A stretch of DNA of 14,056 bases, from the NCBI GenBank assembly GCA_050117845.1, contig JASFLY010000043.1, forward strand, positions 1 to 14,056, in the 5' to 3' direction. Below, piece by piece: positions 7,436 through 14,056 of the stretch. Under the pieces are notes generated by a model. That model was not told where the DNA came from, did not search any database, and worked only from the letters and a program-made list of their open reading frames with translations. The stretch's first letter is position 1; every line of letters starts with the position of its first letter. The position numbers were made by a program, and so were the translations under genes. This DNA is from Candidatus Zixiibacteriota bacterium (lineage in GTDB: Bacteria > RBG-13-66-14 > B26-G2 > WVWN01).

Positions 7436-8368
7436 TTACCACATGCCGCCGAAGAGGCTTTCGACCACGTCGGCGTCGTCCCCGTCGTCCTCGTCCGTTT
7501 CTTTCTCGGGCGGGGCGGGCGACGCTTCGTTCTTATCGCCGTCGTCCGGGGCGGGGTCGGCTACGTCTCTGTCGTCATCCAGCGGCTTGCCCTTCTCGCC
7601 GGGCGGGACGCCGTAGGTGTCGTCGCCGTCGTCCCAACGCCAGTACCACCACCAGCCCGGGCAATCGTCCCAGTCGTCCCAGTCATCCCAGTCGTAGATG
7701 CCGTACCATCCGAGGAGCCGGGAGACCTTCACGTTCCGGCGGGCGCTCCCGACGACCGTTCCGCTCCAGAGGACCTCGCCGGTCCGCACGTCGAGCGTGC
7801 GGAGGTTGAGCGTGACCTTGGAGTTGGCGCGGACGGTGGGTTCGCTGTGCCGGGCGTGGTTGTATCCGTCGATCCAGAGGTCGGCGGCCACGACGCGATA
7901 GGCGAGGGCGCGGGTCGCGCGGTAGGGCGTGAGGTCGCTGTTTTTCCCGAGGCCGGCCCGGCTGGGCGACGTGACGCCGCCGGGATCGGGGCGCTTGGGC
8001 GCGTCGAAGTAGTCGCCCTCCATCTCCAGGCGGCGGAGGGCCAGGACGTTGCGCTCCACGGGGTAAGCGCCGGCGTCGCGGATCTTTTTAACGAGCCAAT
8101 CCTCGCTCAGGTAGCACCACCACTGGTCCTCGGCCTTGCCGCTGGAGAGGCGGTACACGCCGACGTATTCGCCGGAGGAGACGCTGCCCGCGGGCAGTTC
8201 GACCGCCTCGAACGCCAGGTTGAACATCTCCATCATTACCGGGTGCGACGGGTCGCGCATGCCCGCGCCGTCGTACGAACCGTGCACTTCCACGTTCTTT
8301 ACATTGCAGGCCATGGCCAGCAGAAACGCCGCGCCGGCGAGGCCGAGCGTTATATTCCTTCGCAGCAT
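7436..8368 (-). CDS. Lipoprotein, possibly CsgG/LpoB/FlgO-like core, with a Trp/Asp-rich and acidic C-terminal tail
   Basis: Start MLRRN at 8368 with a strong SD AAGGAGG (8380-8374). Lipobox LLAMA-C. 'VTLNLRTLDVRTGEVLWSG' strand pattern resembles CsgG/LpoB-type folds. Low-complexity tail. Confidence 0.65.
   Translation of the reverse strand: MLRRNITLGLAGAAFLLAMACNVKNVEVHGSYDGAGMRDPSHPVMMEMFNLAFEAVELPAGSVSSGEYVGVYRLSSGKAEDQWWCYLSEDWLVKKIRDAGAYPVERNVLALRRLEMEGDYFDAPKRPDPGGVTSPSRAGLGKNSDLTPYRATRALAYRVVAADLWIDGYNHARHSEPTVRANSKVTLNLRTLDVRTGEVLWSGTVVGSARRNVKVSRLLGWYGIYDWDDWDDWDDCPGWWWYWRWDDGDDTYGVPPGEKGKPLDDDRDVADPAPDDGDKNEASPAPPEKETDEDDGDDADVVESLFGGMW
7667..7693. repeat. 3 x 9-bp tandem repeat encoding DWD-DWD-DWD
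   Basis: GTCCCAGTC GTCCCAGTC ATCCCAGTC on the + strand. Confidence 0.85.
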
Positions 8369-8490
8369 CGCGTCCTCCTTGGAAGGCCGGGCGACCGGTA
8401 ATGGCGGCACTGATTGACGCGCGTACCCCCCCCGGTGCGGCCGGCGTGTAAGGTGCGGTCATTTCGACGCGGCGCCGGCCGGTATCGTTT

Positions 8491-8516
8491 AAAATGAAAA
8501 CCCGGCCTGAGGCCGG
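8491..8516 (-). terminator. Second (tandem) terminator-like hairpin
   Basis: CCGGCC-TGA-GGCCGG (8502-8516) followed on the minus strand by GTTTTCATTTT. Confidence 0.5.
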
Positions 8517-8520
8517 ACGT

Positions 8521-8552
8521 AGAAAGAAAAAGGGCGGCCGCCGGGCCGCCCT
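8521..8552 (-). terminator. Rho-independent terminator of the VOC gene
   Basis: 9-bp stem AGGGCGGCC/GGCCGCCCT with a 4-nt loop, followed on the minus strand by TTTTCTTTCT. Confidence 0.8.
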
Positions 8553-8575
8553 CGGTATAAGTAAGCCAAGATTCT

Positions 8576-8950
8576 TTATCCGGCGCCCTGTCCCTTGGGC
8601 GCGGTCTCCCACAGGGCCACGATGCCGCCCGCCGCGTCCTCGAAGACGGCAAACCACCCCATGTCGCCGACGGCGGTCTTGCCGGTCGTGATTTTTCCCC
8701 CGGCGGCTTCTATCTCCTTGACCTTATCCTCGATGCTGGCGACGAGGATATAGACCAAACTGCAGCCCTCGCCGCATTCGCAAACTTCTTTCACCAGCGT
8801 GAAGCCGCCCCCGGGGCCTTCCGGCGCTTCCCAGATGGCGTATTTCATCTGCGGCATCAGTTCCACTTTCCAGCCGAAGACCTTCTCGTAGAACTCCTTC
8901 GATTTGGCGTGGTCCGTGGACGGAATTTCGATATGGCATATCTCGTGCAT
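8576..8950 (-). CDS. VOC family (glyoxalase/bleomycin-resistance-like) protein
   Basis: Start MHEICHIEIP at 8950 with SD AAGGAG. 'FYEKVFGW', 'IEAAGGKI' and 'GWFAVFEDAAGGIVALWE' motifs. Confidence 0.9.
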   Translation of the reverse strand: MHEICHIEIPSTDHAKSKEFYEKVFGWKVELMPQMKYAIWEAPEGPGGGFTLVKEVCECGEGCSLVYILVASIEDKVKEIEAAGGKITTGKTAVGDMGWFAVFEDAAGGIVALWETAPKGQGAG

Positions 8951-8985
8951 CGCGGGCTCCTTTCCCAATATGTTAATTAAGACGT

Positions 8986-9867
8986 TTACTTGATGAATTT
9001 ACCCTTGACCCACTCGAGCTGGTCGACGCCGAACTGGAAGTCGTCCTTCTTGGCGTCGTATTTTTTGGCGCCGTCCCGAAAAGCGGCGACGGCCTCGTCG
9101 TAGCGCGCCTTGCCCTCGTCGTCGCCGGCGACCCAGGCGGCCAGGCCGGCGTAGCCCGCGCCCAGTATGACGGCGAAGTCGCCCTCCGCCGACACCGACG
9201 CGTCCTTGCCCTCGGCCTTGGCGCTCTCGACGGCGTAGTCGAACGACTTCTCGAAGTTCTCGAGGGAGGCCGCCGTTTCGCCCATGGATAACAGGTGCAT
9301 CCCTTTGGCCCAGTAGGCCATGGAGAGCGGCCCGGGTCCCTTGCCGATTTCCTCGCGCCAGCGTATGCAGTCCTCCGCGGCCTTGAGGCCCGCCTCGAAG
9401 TGCCGCTTGTCGCGGGGCAGCGTGTCCCCCGGCCAGCACTCGGCGAGGTCGGCGGAGAGGTTATAGGACATGACGTTGGCGTAGTCGAGGAGTTTGGCGG
9501 AGGTCTCGGCGTCCAGCGCGGCCTCGGCCTGGCGGAGGCCCTCCGCGATGCCGGCCTGCACGACCGCCATGTGGCCGTCCAGGTTCTTGCCCTCCCACTC
9601 CCGCATGGCGAAACCGCCCGCCGCGAGCGAGTAGAGGGCGCGCCGCTTCTCGGCGTCGTCGAAACCCTCGATAAACGCGATTACGGCCTCGGGGCCTTCC
9701 TTCTCCATCGTCGCCCGCATCTCGTCCCAGTGGGCTTCCGGGAATTCCTCTTTCGCGTTCATTTCGCTCCTTTCGGCGTCAGCCGTTTCCGTCGCCCCTT
9801 CGTCGGCGTACGCGCAAGCGACGAACGCGGCCGCGAGGGCGGCTAATCCTAAAACGATAATCCTCAT
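8986..9867 (-). CDS. Exported alpha-helical (TPR-like) hypothetical protein
   Basis: Start MRIIVLG at 9867 (GTG at 9876 is an alternative). Signal peptide ending AYA-D or lipobox FVA-C. Helical repeats and conserved-looking 'SYNLSADLAECWPGD' and 'LSMAYWAKGMH' segments. Confidence 0.7.
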   Translation of the reverse strand: MRIIVLGLAALAAAFVACAYADEGATETADAERSEMNAKEEFPEAHWDEMRATMEKEGPEAVIAFIEGFDDAEKRRALYSLAAGGFAMREWEGKNLDGHMAVVQAGIAEGLRQAEAALDAETSAKLLDYANVMSYNLSADLAECWPGDTLPRDKRHFEAGLKAAEDCIRWREEIGKGPGPLSMAYWAKGMHLLSMGETAASLENFEKSFDYAVESAKAEGKDASVSAEGDFAVILGAGYAGLAAWVAGDDEGKARYDEAVAAFRDGAKKYDAKKDDFQFGVDQLEWVKGKFIK

Positions 9868-9933
9868 ACCTTCCACCTCGTTCGCCGTGGGTCTAACCCG
9901 GGCCGTTAATCCTGCGGGGGTCGTGAATACCTA

Positions 9934-9962
9934 ACTTTAACGGTATATTATAAAAGTGTCAA
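9934..9962 (-). promoter_or_regulatory. sigma70 promoter for the exported protein (and possibly the VOC gene)
   Basis: Minus strand TTGACA (9962-9957), 17 nt, TAAAGT (9939-9934). Confidence 0.65.
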
Positions 9963-9979
9963 GGGACATTGGGGGACAT
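9963..9979. promoter_or_regulatory. GGGACAT direct repeat, candidate operator of the XRE-TPR regulator
   Basis: GGGACAT at 9963-9969 and 9973-9979 (10-bp period), abutting the minus-strand -35 box and lying between the two divergent promoters. Confidence 0.5.
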
Positions 9980-10000
9980 GGGGGAGAGCGCGGCAACGGC

Positions 10001-10029
10001 TTGACCAATCCCTTCGCATAGTTTATATT
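10001..10029 (+). promoter_or_regulatory. sigma70 promoter giving a leaderless regulator mRNA
   Basis: TTGACC (10001-10006), 17 nt, TATATT (10024-10029), 6 nt, GTG (10036). No SD is present. Confidence 0.65.
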
Positions 10030-10035
10030 CGCGAC

Positions 10036-11325
10036 GTGCGAAAGGCCGAGACAGTTCAGCTGGATACCCATTTCGTAGCGCGCCGGATCGAGGTCCTGGG
10101 CGTCAAGCAATGGTGGCTCGCGAGGATGATCGGCGTGGACCGGAAGACGGTGGGCCGGTGGTTGAGCGGTAAGGTTAAACGCGTCGCCCGCCCCAACGCC
10201 GAGAAACTGGCCGAACATCTCGGTTGCTCGCTCGAGGAGATAACGGCCTCCGACGACGTATTCGCCACCCGGCAGGAACAACGGGCCGCGGCGGCCCTGC
10301 TACGCGAGAAGGACTTGTTGCAGATCCTCTCGCCGTCCGACAACTGGGACCTGGCGGAGCGGCTAATAAAGGCGACGATGCACCCCGACCTCCCGCTCCG
10401 GGAATTGGGCCAGTTGTACAACCTACTCTCCATCGCGGCCTGGCGCCAGGGCAACTACGAAGACGGGGCCGCCCACGCCGCAAAGGCCCGCGCTTTGGGG
10501 GAACAAATCGGCGACGCCGGCATAGTGCACAACGCCCGACAGAACCTCGCGACCATAGATTCGCTCCTGGGCCGGAACGTGGAGGCCCTCGCGGGCTACG
10601 AGGAGTGTCTCGCCCGGCCCGAGTACTTCCATACCAAGCGGGACCACGCCAAGGCCCTTTCCAACGTCGCGATGGTTTACGCGGACTGCGCCCGCTTCGA
10701 GGAGAGCGTTACGGCCCAGGCGAGGGCTACTCATCTTTTCGATGAGTCCGGCCTCCCCTTCAATCTGGCGATAGCGTGGACCGGAATGGCCAGCGTATTA
10801 ATCGAGGCCGGGTTCTTCGCCGAGGCGCGGGCCGCGACGCAAAGGGCCCGGAAATACGCCGCGGCCGCGGCGTACGAGAAGGGCGAATATACGGCGCTTT
10901 GCTACCTGGGAGACGTCGCGTGTTTGCTCGGGGAGTACGACGAGGCGCGGCGTTTAATCGAGGCCGGCACGGAAGCCCTTAATCGATACGAGGTTTACGA
11001 CCTCGGCTGTCGCGAGATCGCGGCCCGGCTTTACCGGCGGGCGGGCGAGCTGGAGAGAGCCGGTGAAATCGGGGCTCGGGCGCTAGCCGCCGCCGAAGCT
11101 TTCCCCACGGTTTACGCGCGGATGCTGCAGGAGCGCGGCCGCCTCGCGACGGCGGAGGGGGACGTCGACGGCGAGGTTCGCTGCCGCGGCGAGGCCAACG
11201 CCATATTCGAGAGGACGGGCCTAACCGCCCGTATACGGGCGGAACCCGTGGTCGAGTACGGCGCGATGTTCGCCGTGGGGCCGGGCGTCAAGGCGGCGGC
11301 GTCGCGGGTTATGGGAGATATTTAA
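10036..11325 (+). CDS. XRE/Cro-C1 helix-turn-helix transcriptional regulator with C-terminal TPR repeats
   Basis: 'LGVKQWWLARMIGVDRKTVGRWLSG...NAEKLAEHLGCSLEEI' XRE HTH. TPR-like units 'LYNLLSIAAWRQGNYEDG', 'RQNLATIDSLLGRNVEAL', 'LSNVAMVYADCARFEES', 'WTGMASVLIEAGFFAEA' and 'LCYLGDVACLLGEYDEA'. Confidence 0.85.
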   Translation: MRKAETVQLDTHFVARRIEVLGVKQWWLARMIGVDRKTVGRWLSGKVKRVARPNAEKLAEHLGCSLEEITASDDVFATRQEQRAAAALLREKDLLQILSPSDNWDLAERLIKATMHPDLPLRELGQLYNLLSIAAWRQGNYEDGAAHAAKARALGEQIGDAGIVHNARQNLATIDSLLGRNVEALAGYEECLARPEYFHTKRDHAKALSNVAMVYADCARFEESVTAQARATHLFDESGLPFNLAIAWTGMASVLIEAGFFAEARAATQRARKYAAAAAYEKGEYTALCYLGDVACLLGEYDEARRLIEAGTEALNRYEVYDLGCREIAARLYRRAGELERAGEIGARALAAAEAFPTVYARMLQERGRLATAEGDVDGEVRCRGEANAIFERTGLTARIRAEPVVEYGAMFAVGPGVKAAASRVMGDI

Positions 11326-11362
11326 GGGGACGTTAAAGGGCAGGGACGGAGGGGCCCCCGTT

Positions 11363-13048
11363 TCATTCCTCGGAGGTAGGTTCCTCTTTACGGAAGGCCA
11401 CCACGAACGAACCGTAGCGGTCCATGTCGTACGCGGCGGCGAGGATGGTTGCTACCGCCTCGTCCTCCAGCGCCGCCCGATAGGGCGCGTGCAGGTAGTA
11501 TGAATCGCGCAGGACGACGGCTCCCGTGGCCTCGTCCATCAAGCTTACGCGTAACGCCTCTGGGTCCGTCAGCACTTCCTCCACCGCCGTATGTTCGTGG
11601 GCGTAGTGCTCGGCGAAGGCCACGTCCACCGGCACGACGACGGCCTTGCCGGCCGGGACGGCCTCGAGCGAGGCGGCGGCCTCGGCCAGGCCCCGTTCGC
11701 CGTAGTTGTAGCGGTGCTCGTAGTCGGCCAGGACGTGCCAGACGTTGAGGGCCGGCCCCGCGGTCGCGGCGAGGATGACGAAGGCCATCGTCCGGCCTCC
11801 CCGCCGGGTCATGACCAAAAACGCGATTACCGGGACGAGGACGAAGGCGGCGGTGAGGACCAACGCCTTGCGAACCTCCTCCGGCCGGGCGAGGAGGACG
11901 TCGGTCGCCTCCCGGGCGATGTAGGGCCAGTAGAGCGGGTCGCGGAGGACGAGGACGTTGTAGGCGAGGGCGAGCGCGCCCAAAAAGAGGACGGTGCGCC
12001 ACGACTCCTTCGCGAGCGCGGGGCCGAAGACGGCGCCCAGCACCAGCGCCACCAGCGAGACCATCGGCGCGTGGTATTTGACGAAGCCGTAACCGTCGCC
12101 GCCTATCAGGAGGTAGAAGACGAATATAGCGGCCGCGGCCAGGCCGGCGTACGGTATGGCGGGATGCGCCTCGGCCGGGAGCCGCCGGACCCGGCGGAAA
12201 GCCGTCATTATATAGGCCAAAAGGAAAGGCACGCCCAGCCACAGGACCAGCTTGACGGCGCGCTTGAGGACCGTGGCGCCGAAGGCGGCCGTGGGCGCGG
12301 CGGCCCGGCCGAAGGAGTGGACGAAGGGCTCGGCGATGGGGAGGCCTTTAATCAGGCAATAGGGCACGTAGTAGAGCGCGAAGACGGCCACGCCGAGGGC
12401 GGCCGCGGGGACGACCCGACCGGCCCGGCCGAACTGCCGGCGGACGAGGTAATATACGAAGAGCGCGGCCAGGAGCAAAGGCGGCGTCGTAAGCTTGGCC
12501 ATCAGCGAGACGCCGAACAGGAGGCCCAGGCCGACCCACCCGTAGCTGCTCAGGTCGAAGTCCCGGCGGACCAGGAACCATATCGTAACGAGCGCGGCCA
12601 GCGGCAGCACCGCCGTGTCGATTTCGACGAGGAGCGAGGACTGCAACGCCAGCGGGTGTAGGCCGTAAAGCAGGACCGCGACGAAGGGGCCCCAGCGCTC
12701 GCCCGTGGCGGCCTTCGTGGTGAACCACAACAGGACGCCGGTACCGAAGAACGCGAGGACGCCGATCAGCCGGCCCGCCCAGGGGGCCTTGCCCGCCAGG
12801 CCCACGGGCACGGCGACGAGCGAGTGGTAGAGCAGCGGGTGGCTCAGGACCGGGTTCCAGTCGGAGCCGGAGTAGCCCATGGGCAGGGCCGTCGTGGCCA
12901 GCGAGTGCGCGACGTCGACGAACTGGGGCTCGTCGGCGACGAGGGGCTGGTTTATCTGGAATATTATGGCCGTGGCCGCGGCGCCGGCTACGACGGCGAG
13001 GAGGAGGACGTAGACAAACGTGGGAATGGGCTTTTTCGTGGCGGTCAT
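11363..13048 (-). CDS. GT-C fold membrane glycosyltransferase (ArnT/PMT, GT39/GT83-like)
   Basis: Start MTATKK at 13048 (ATGA overlap with the hydrolase stop). First TM helix is followed by 'LVADEPQF' (acidic DE motif) and 'HPLLYH'. Many TM segments, 'GVSLMAK' and a C-terminal soluble domain. Confidence 0.8.
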   Translation of the reverse strand: MTATKKPIPTFVYVLLLAVVAGAAATAIIFQINQPLVADEPQFVDVAHSLATTALPMGYSGSDWNPVLSHPLLYHSLVAVPVGLAGKAPWAGRLIGVLAFFGTGVLLWFTTKAATGERWGPFVAVLLYGLHPLALQSSLLVEIDTAVLPLAALVTIWFLVRRDFDLSSYGWVGLGLLFGVSLMAKLTTPPLLLAALFVYYLVRRQFGRAGRVVPAAALGVAVFALYYVPYCLIKGLPIAEPFVHSFGRAAAPTAAFGATVLKRAVKLVLWLGVPFLLAYIMTAFRRVRRLPAEAHPAIPYAGLAAAAIFVFYLLIGGDGYGFVKYHAPMVSLVALVLGAVFGPALAKESWRTVLFLGALALAYNVLVLRDPLYWPYIAREATDVLLARPEEVRKALVLTAAFVLVPVIAFLVMTRRGGRTMAFVILAATAGPALNVWHVLADYEHRYNYGERGLAEAAASLEAVPAGKAVVVPVDVAFAEHYAHEHTAVEEVLTDPEALRVSLMDEATGAVVLRDSYYLHAPYRAALEDEAVATILAAAYDMDRYGSFVVAFRKEEPTSEE

Positions 13049-13914
13049 TTGTCGAGGAACTCCAAAATCCGGGTGCTCACCAGTTCGGTCTGGTCCGATA
13101 CGACGGCGTGATTGCATTCCGGGATAAGCTCGGCTTCCCCGTTCGGCAAAACGCGGTTGGCCCGTTCGACCGCGGCTTTCCCATTATACAGAAATTCCTG
13201 CTCGCCCACTAATAGCAGCGCGGGCGTGCGGAGCGCCGCAAACTCGTCGTCTTCGAATACCCGGGGAGGTACTTTGAAGACGAGTTTCGCGCTCCGGAAC
13301 CGTTCGTAGAGTATTTCCGAGTGTTCCTCGAAGCCGAAATCGGGCTTGTGACAGAGGGCTTTTTCGAAGAGCCGGACGGTCGCCCTCGTCGGTATTAAGA
13401 AGGGTATAAAGCCGAGCAGGAAGCCGACGCCGCCCTTAACGAAAGTCGCGTACGGGGCCAGTAGCGCCAGCTTCGAGACGCGGCCCGGTTCGTGGCGGGC
13501 GAAGTTCGTCCCCACGAAGCGGCCGAACGACCAGGCCAGCAAACGCGTTTCTTCGATTCCGAGTTCGTCGCACACGTCGGCGAGCCAATTCGCCAGGTCC
13601 CGCTCGGTCGCCGGCGGGTTGGTGGGCACCGTCCGGCCCACGTCGCCGATAACGTCCACGGCGTACGTGCGATAATTGCGGCTAAGGTCGCCTATTATGG
13701 GCGACCAGATGGCCGAGGTCATTAGCGCGCAGTGCAACAATACCAGCGGCGGGGCGTCGGCCGGCCCGCTGACGATTACGTGCGTGCTGCCGTAACGCGT
13801 CGGGACGTCCCTGGTCTCGTACGGGATGGGCCAGAGCTTCATCGCGGCGTCGTACGCGGCGAGTACCCGCGCTTCGGCTTTCGGCGATTTGAATATCGGG
13901 GATACCGTTGGCAT
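13045..13914 (-). CDS. Alpha/beta fold hydrolase (carboxylesterase-like)
   Basis: 'GPADAPPLVLLHCA', 'YAVDVIGDVGRT', nucleophile elbow AWSFG, 'LLVGEQE' acid and 'CNHAV' His. SD GGAG upstream. Confidence 0.88.
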   Translation of the reverse strand: MPTVSPIFKSPKAEARVLAAYDAAMKLWPIPYETRDVPTRYGSTHVIVSGPADAPPLVLLHCALMTSAIWSPIIGDLSRNYRTYAVDVIGDVGRTVPTNPPATERDLANWLADVCDELGIEETRLLAWSFGRFVGTNFARHEPGRVSKLALLAPYATFVKGGVGFLLGFIPFLIPTRATVRLFEKALCHKPDFGFEEHSEILYERFRSAKLVFKVPPRVFEDDEFAALRTPALLLVGEQEFLYNGKAAVERANRVLPNGEAELIPECNHAVVSDQTELVSTRILEFLDK

Positions 13915-14056
13915 TGGGGCGGCTTTTCTCCTACCCGTATTAATTTGCCGTTATAATCGTCGTCGAAATACTCCGGGTCCATTACCCTTTTAACCCGGAC
14001 GTATCCCTTATTTAACGCACGTTTAATTGCCTAAATAGTTATTAAGCGATACCGCG

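Noticed and set aside
9891..9940. Integron attC-like RYYYAAC boxes (GTCTAAC, ACCTAAC)
   Set aside because: No matching GTTRRRY core at a proper distance, no extended hairpin and no integrase.
11388..12728. Arg/Pro-rich alternate-frame ORFs inside the GT-C gene
   Set aside because: Frame artefacts of GC-rich coding sequence.
13985..14030. Imperfect repeats CCCTTTTAAC / CCCTTATTTAAC, resembling the reverse complement of GTTAAAGGG at 11332-11340
   Set aside because: Too short and degenerate to call element ends. Most likely AT-rich promoter DNA truncated by the window edge.
1..14056. CRISPR array, tRNA/rRNA, transposase or integrase
   Set aside because: No regularly spaced repeats, cloverleaf signatures or recombinase motifs were seen. 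ruvC here is the housekeeping resolvase, not TnpB/Cas.

Overview
GC-rich (about 65-70%) bacterial chromosomal segment. A FlgD-Ig/T9SS-CTD-like secreted protein hints at an FCB-related lineage (inference). The + strand carries two exported proteins, then a translationally coupled ruvC-ruvA-ruvB-pyrE cluster. A distinctly lower-GC class II Fic (Fic_N/Fido/wHTH) gene follows pyrE by 3 nt. After it come an AT-rich spacer with an array of TTATACA/TGTATAA half-sites and a stand-alone caspase/CHAT-fold-like protein (DUF6642-like, His80/Cys117). The - strand carries a class I SAM methyltransferase, a lipoprotein with a Trp/Asp-rich tail, a VOC/glyoxalase protein and an exported helical-repeat protein. 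That last gene is divergent from an XRE-HTH + TPR (RRNPP-like architecture) regulator, and the shared intergenic region has two back-to-back sigma70 promoters and GGGACAT direct repeats. The window ends with a coupled alpha/beta-hydrolase and GT-C (ArnT/PMT-like) glycosyltransferase pair. No rRNA, tRNA, CRISPR array or transposase was recognised. The best candidates for undescribed systems are the HTH-TPR regulator/exported protein switch and the Fic + operator array + caspase-like protease module. A RuvA lacking the acidic pin and apparent leaderless transcripts are also notable. All family assignments come from motif recognition, not database searches.
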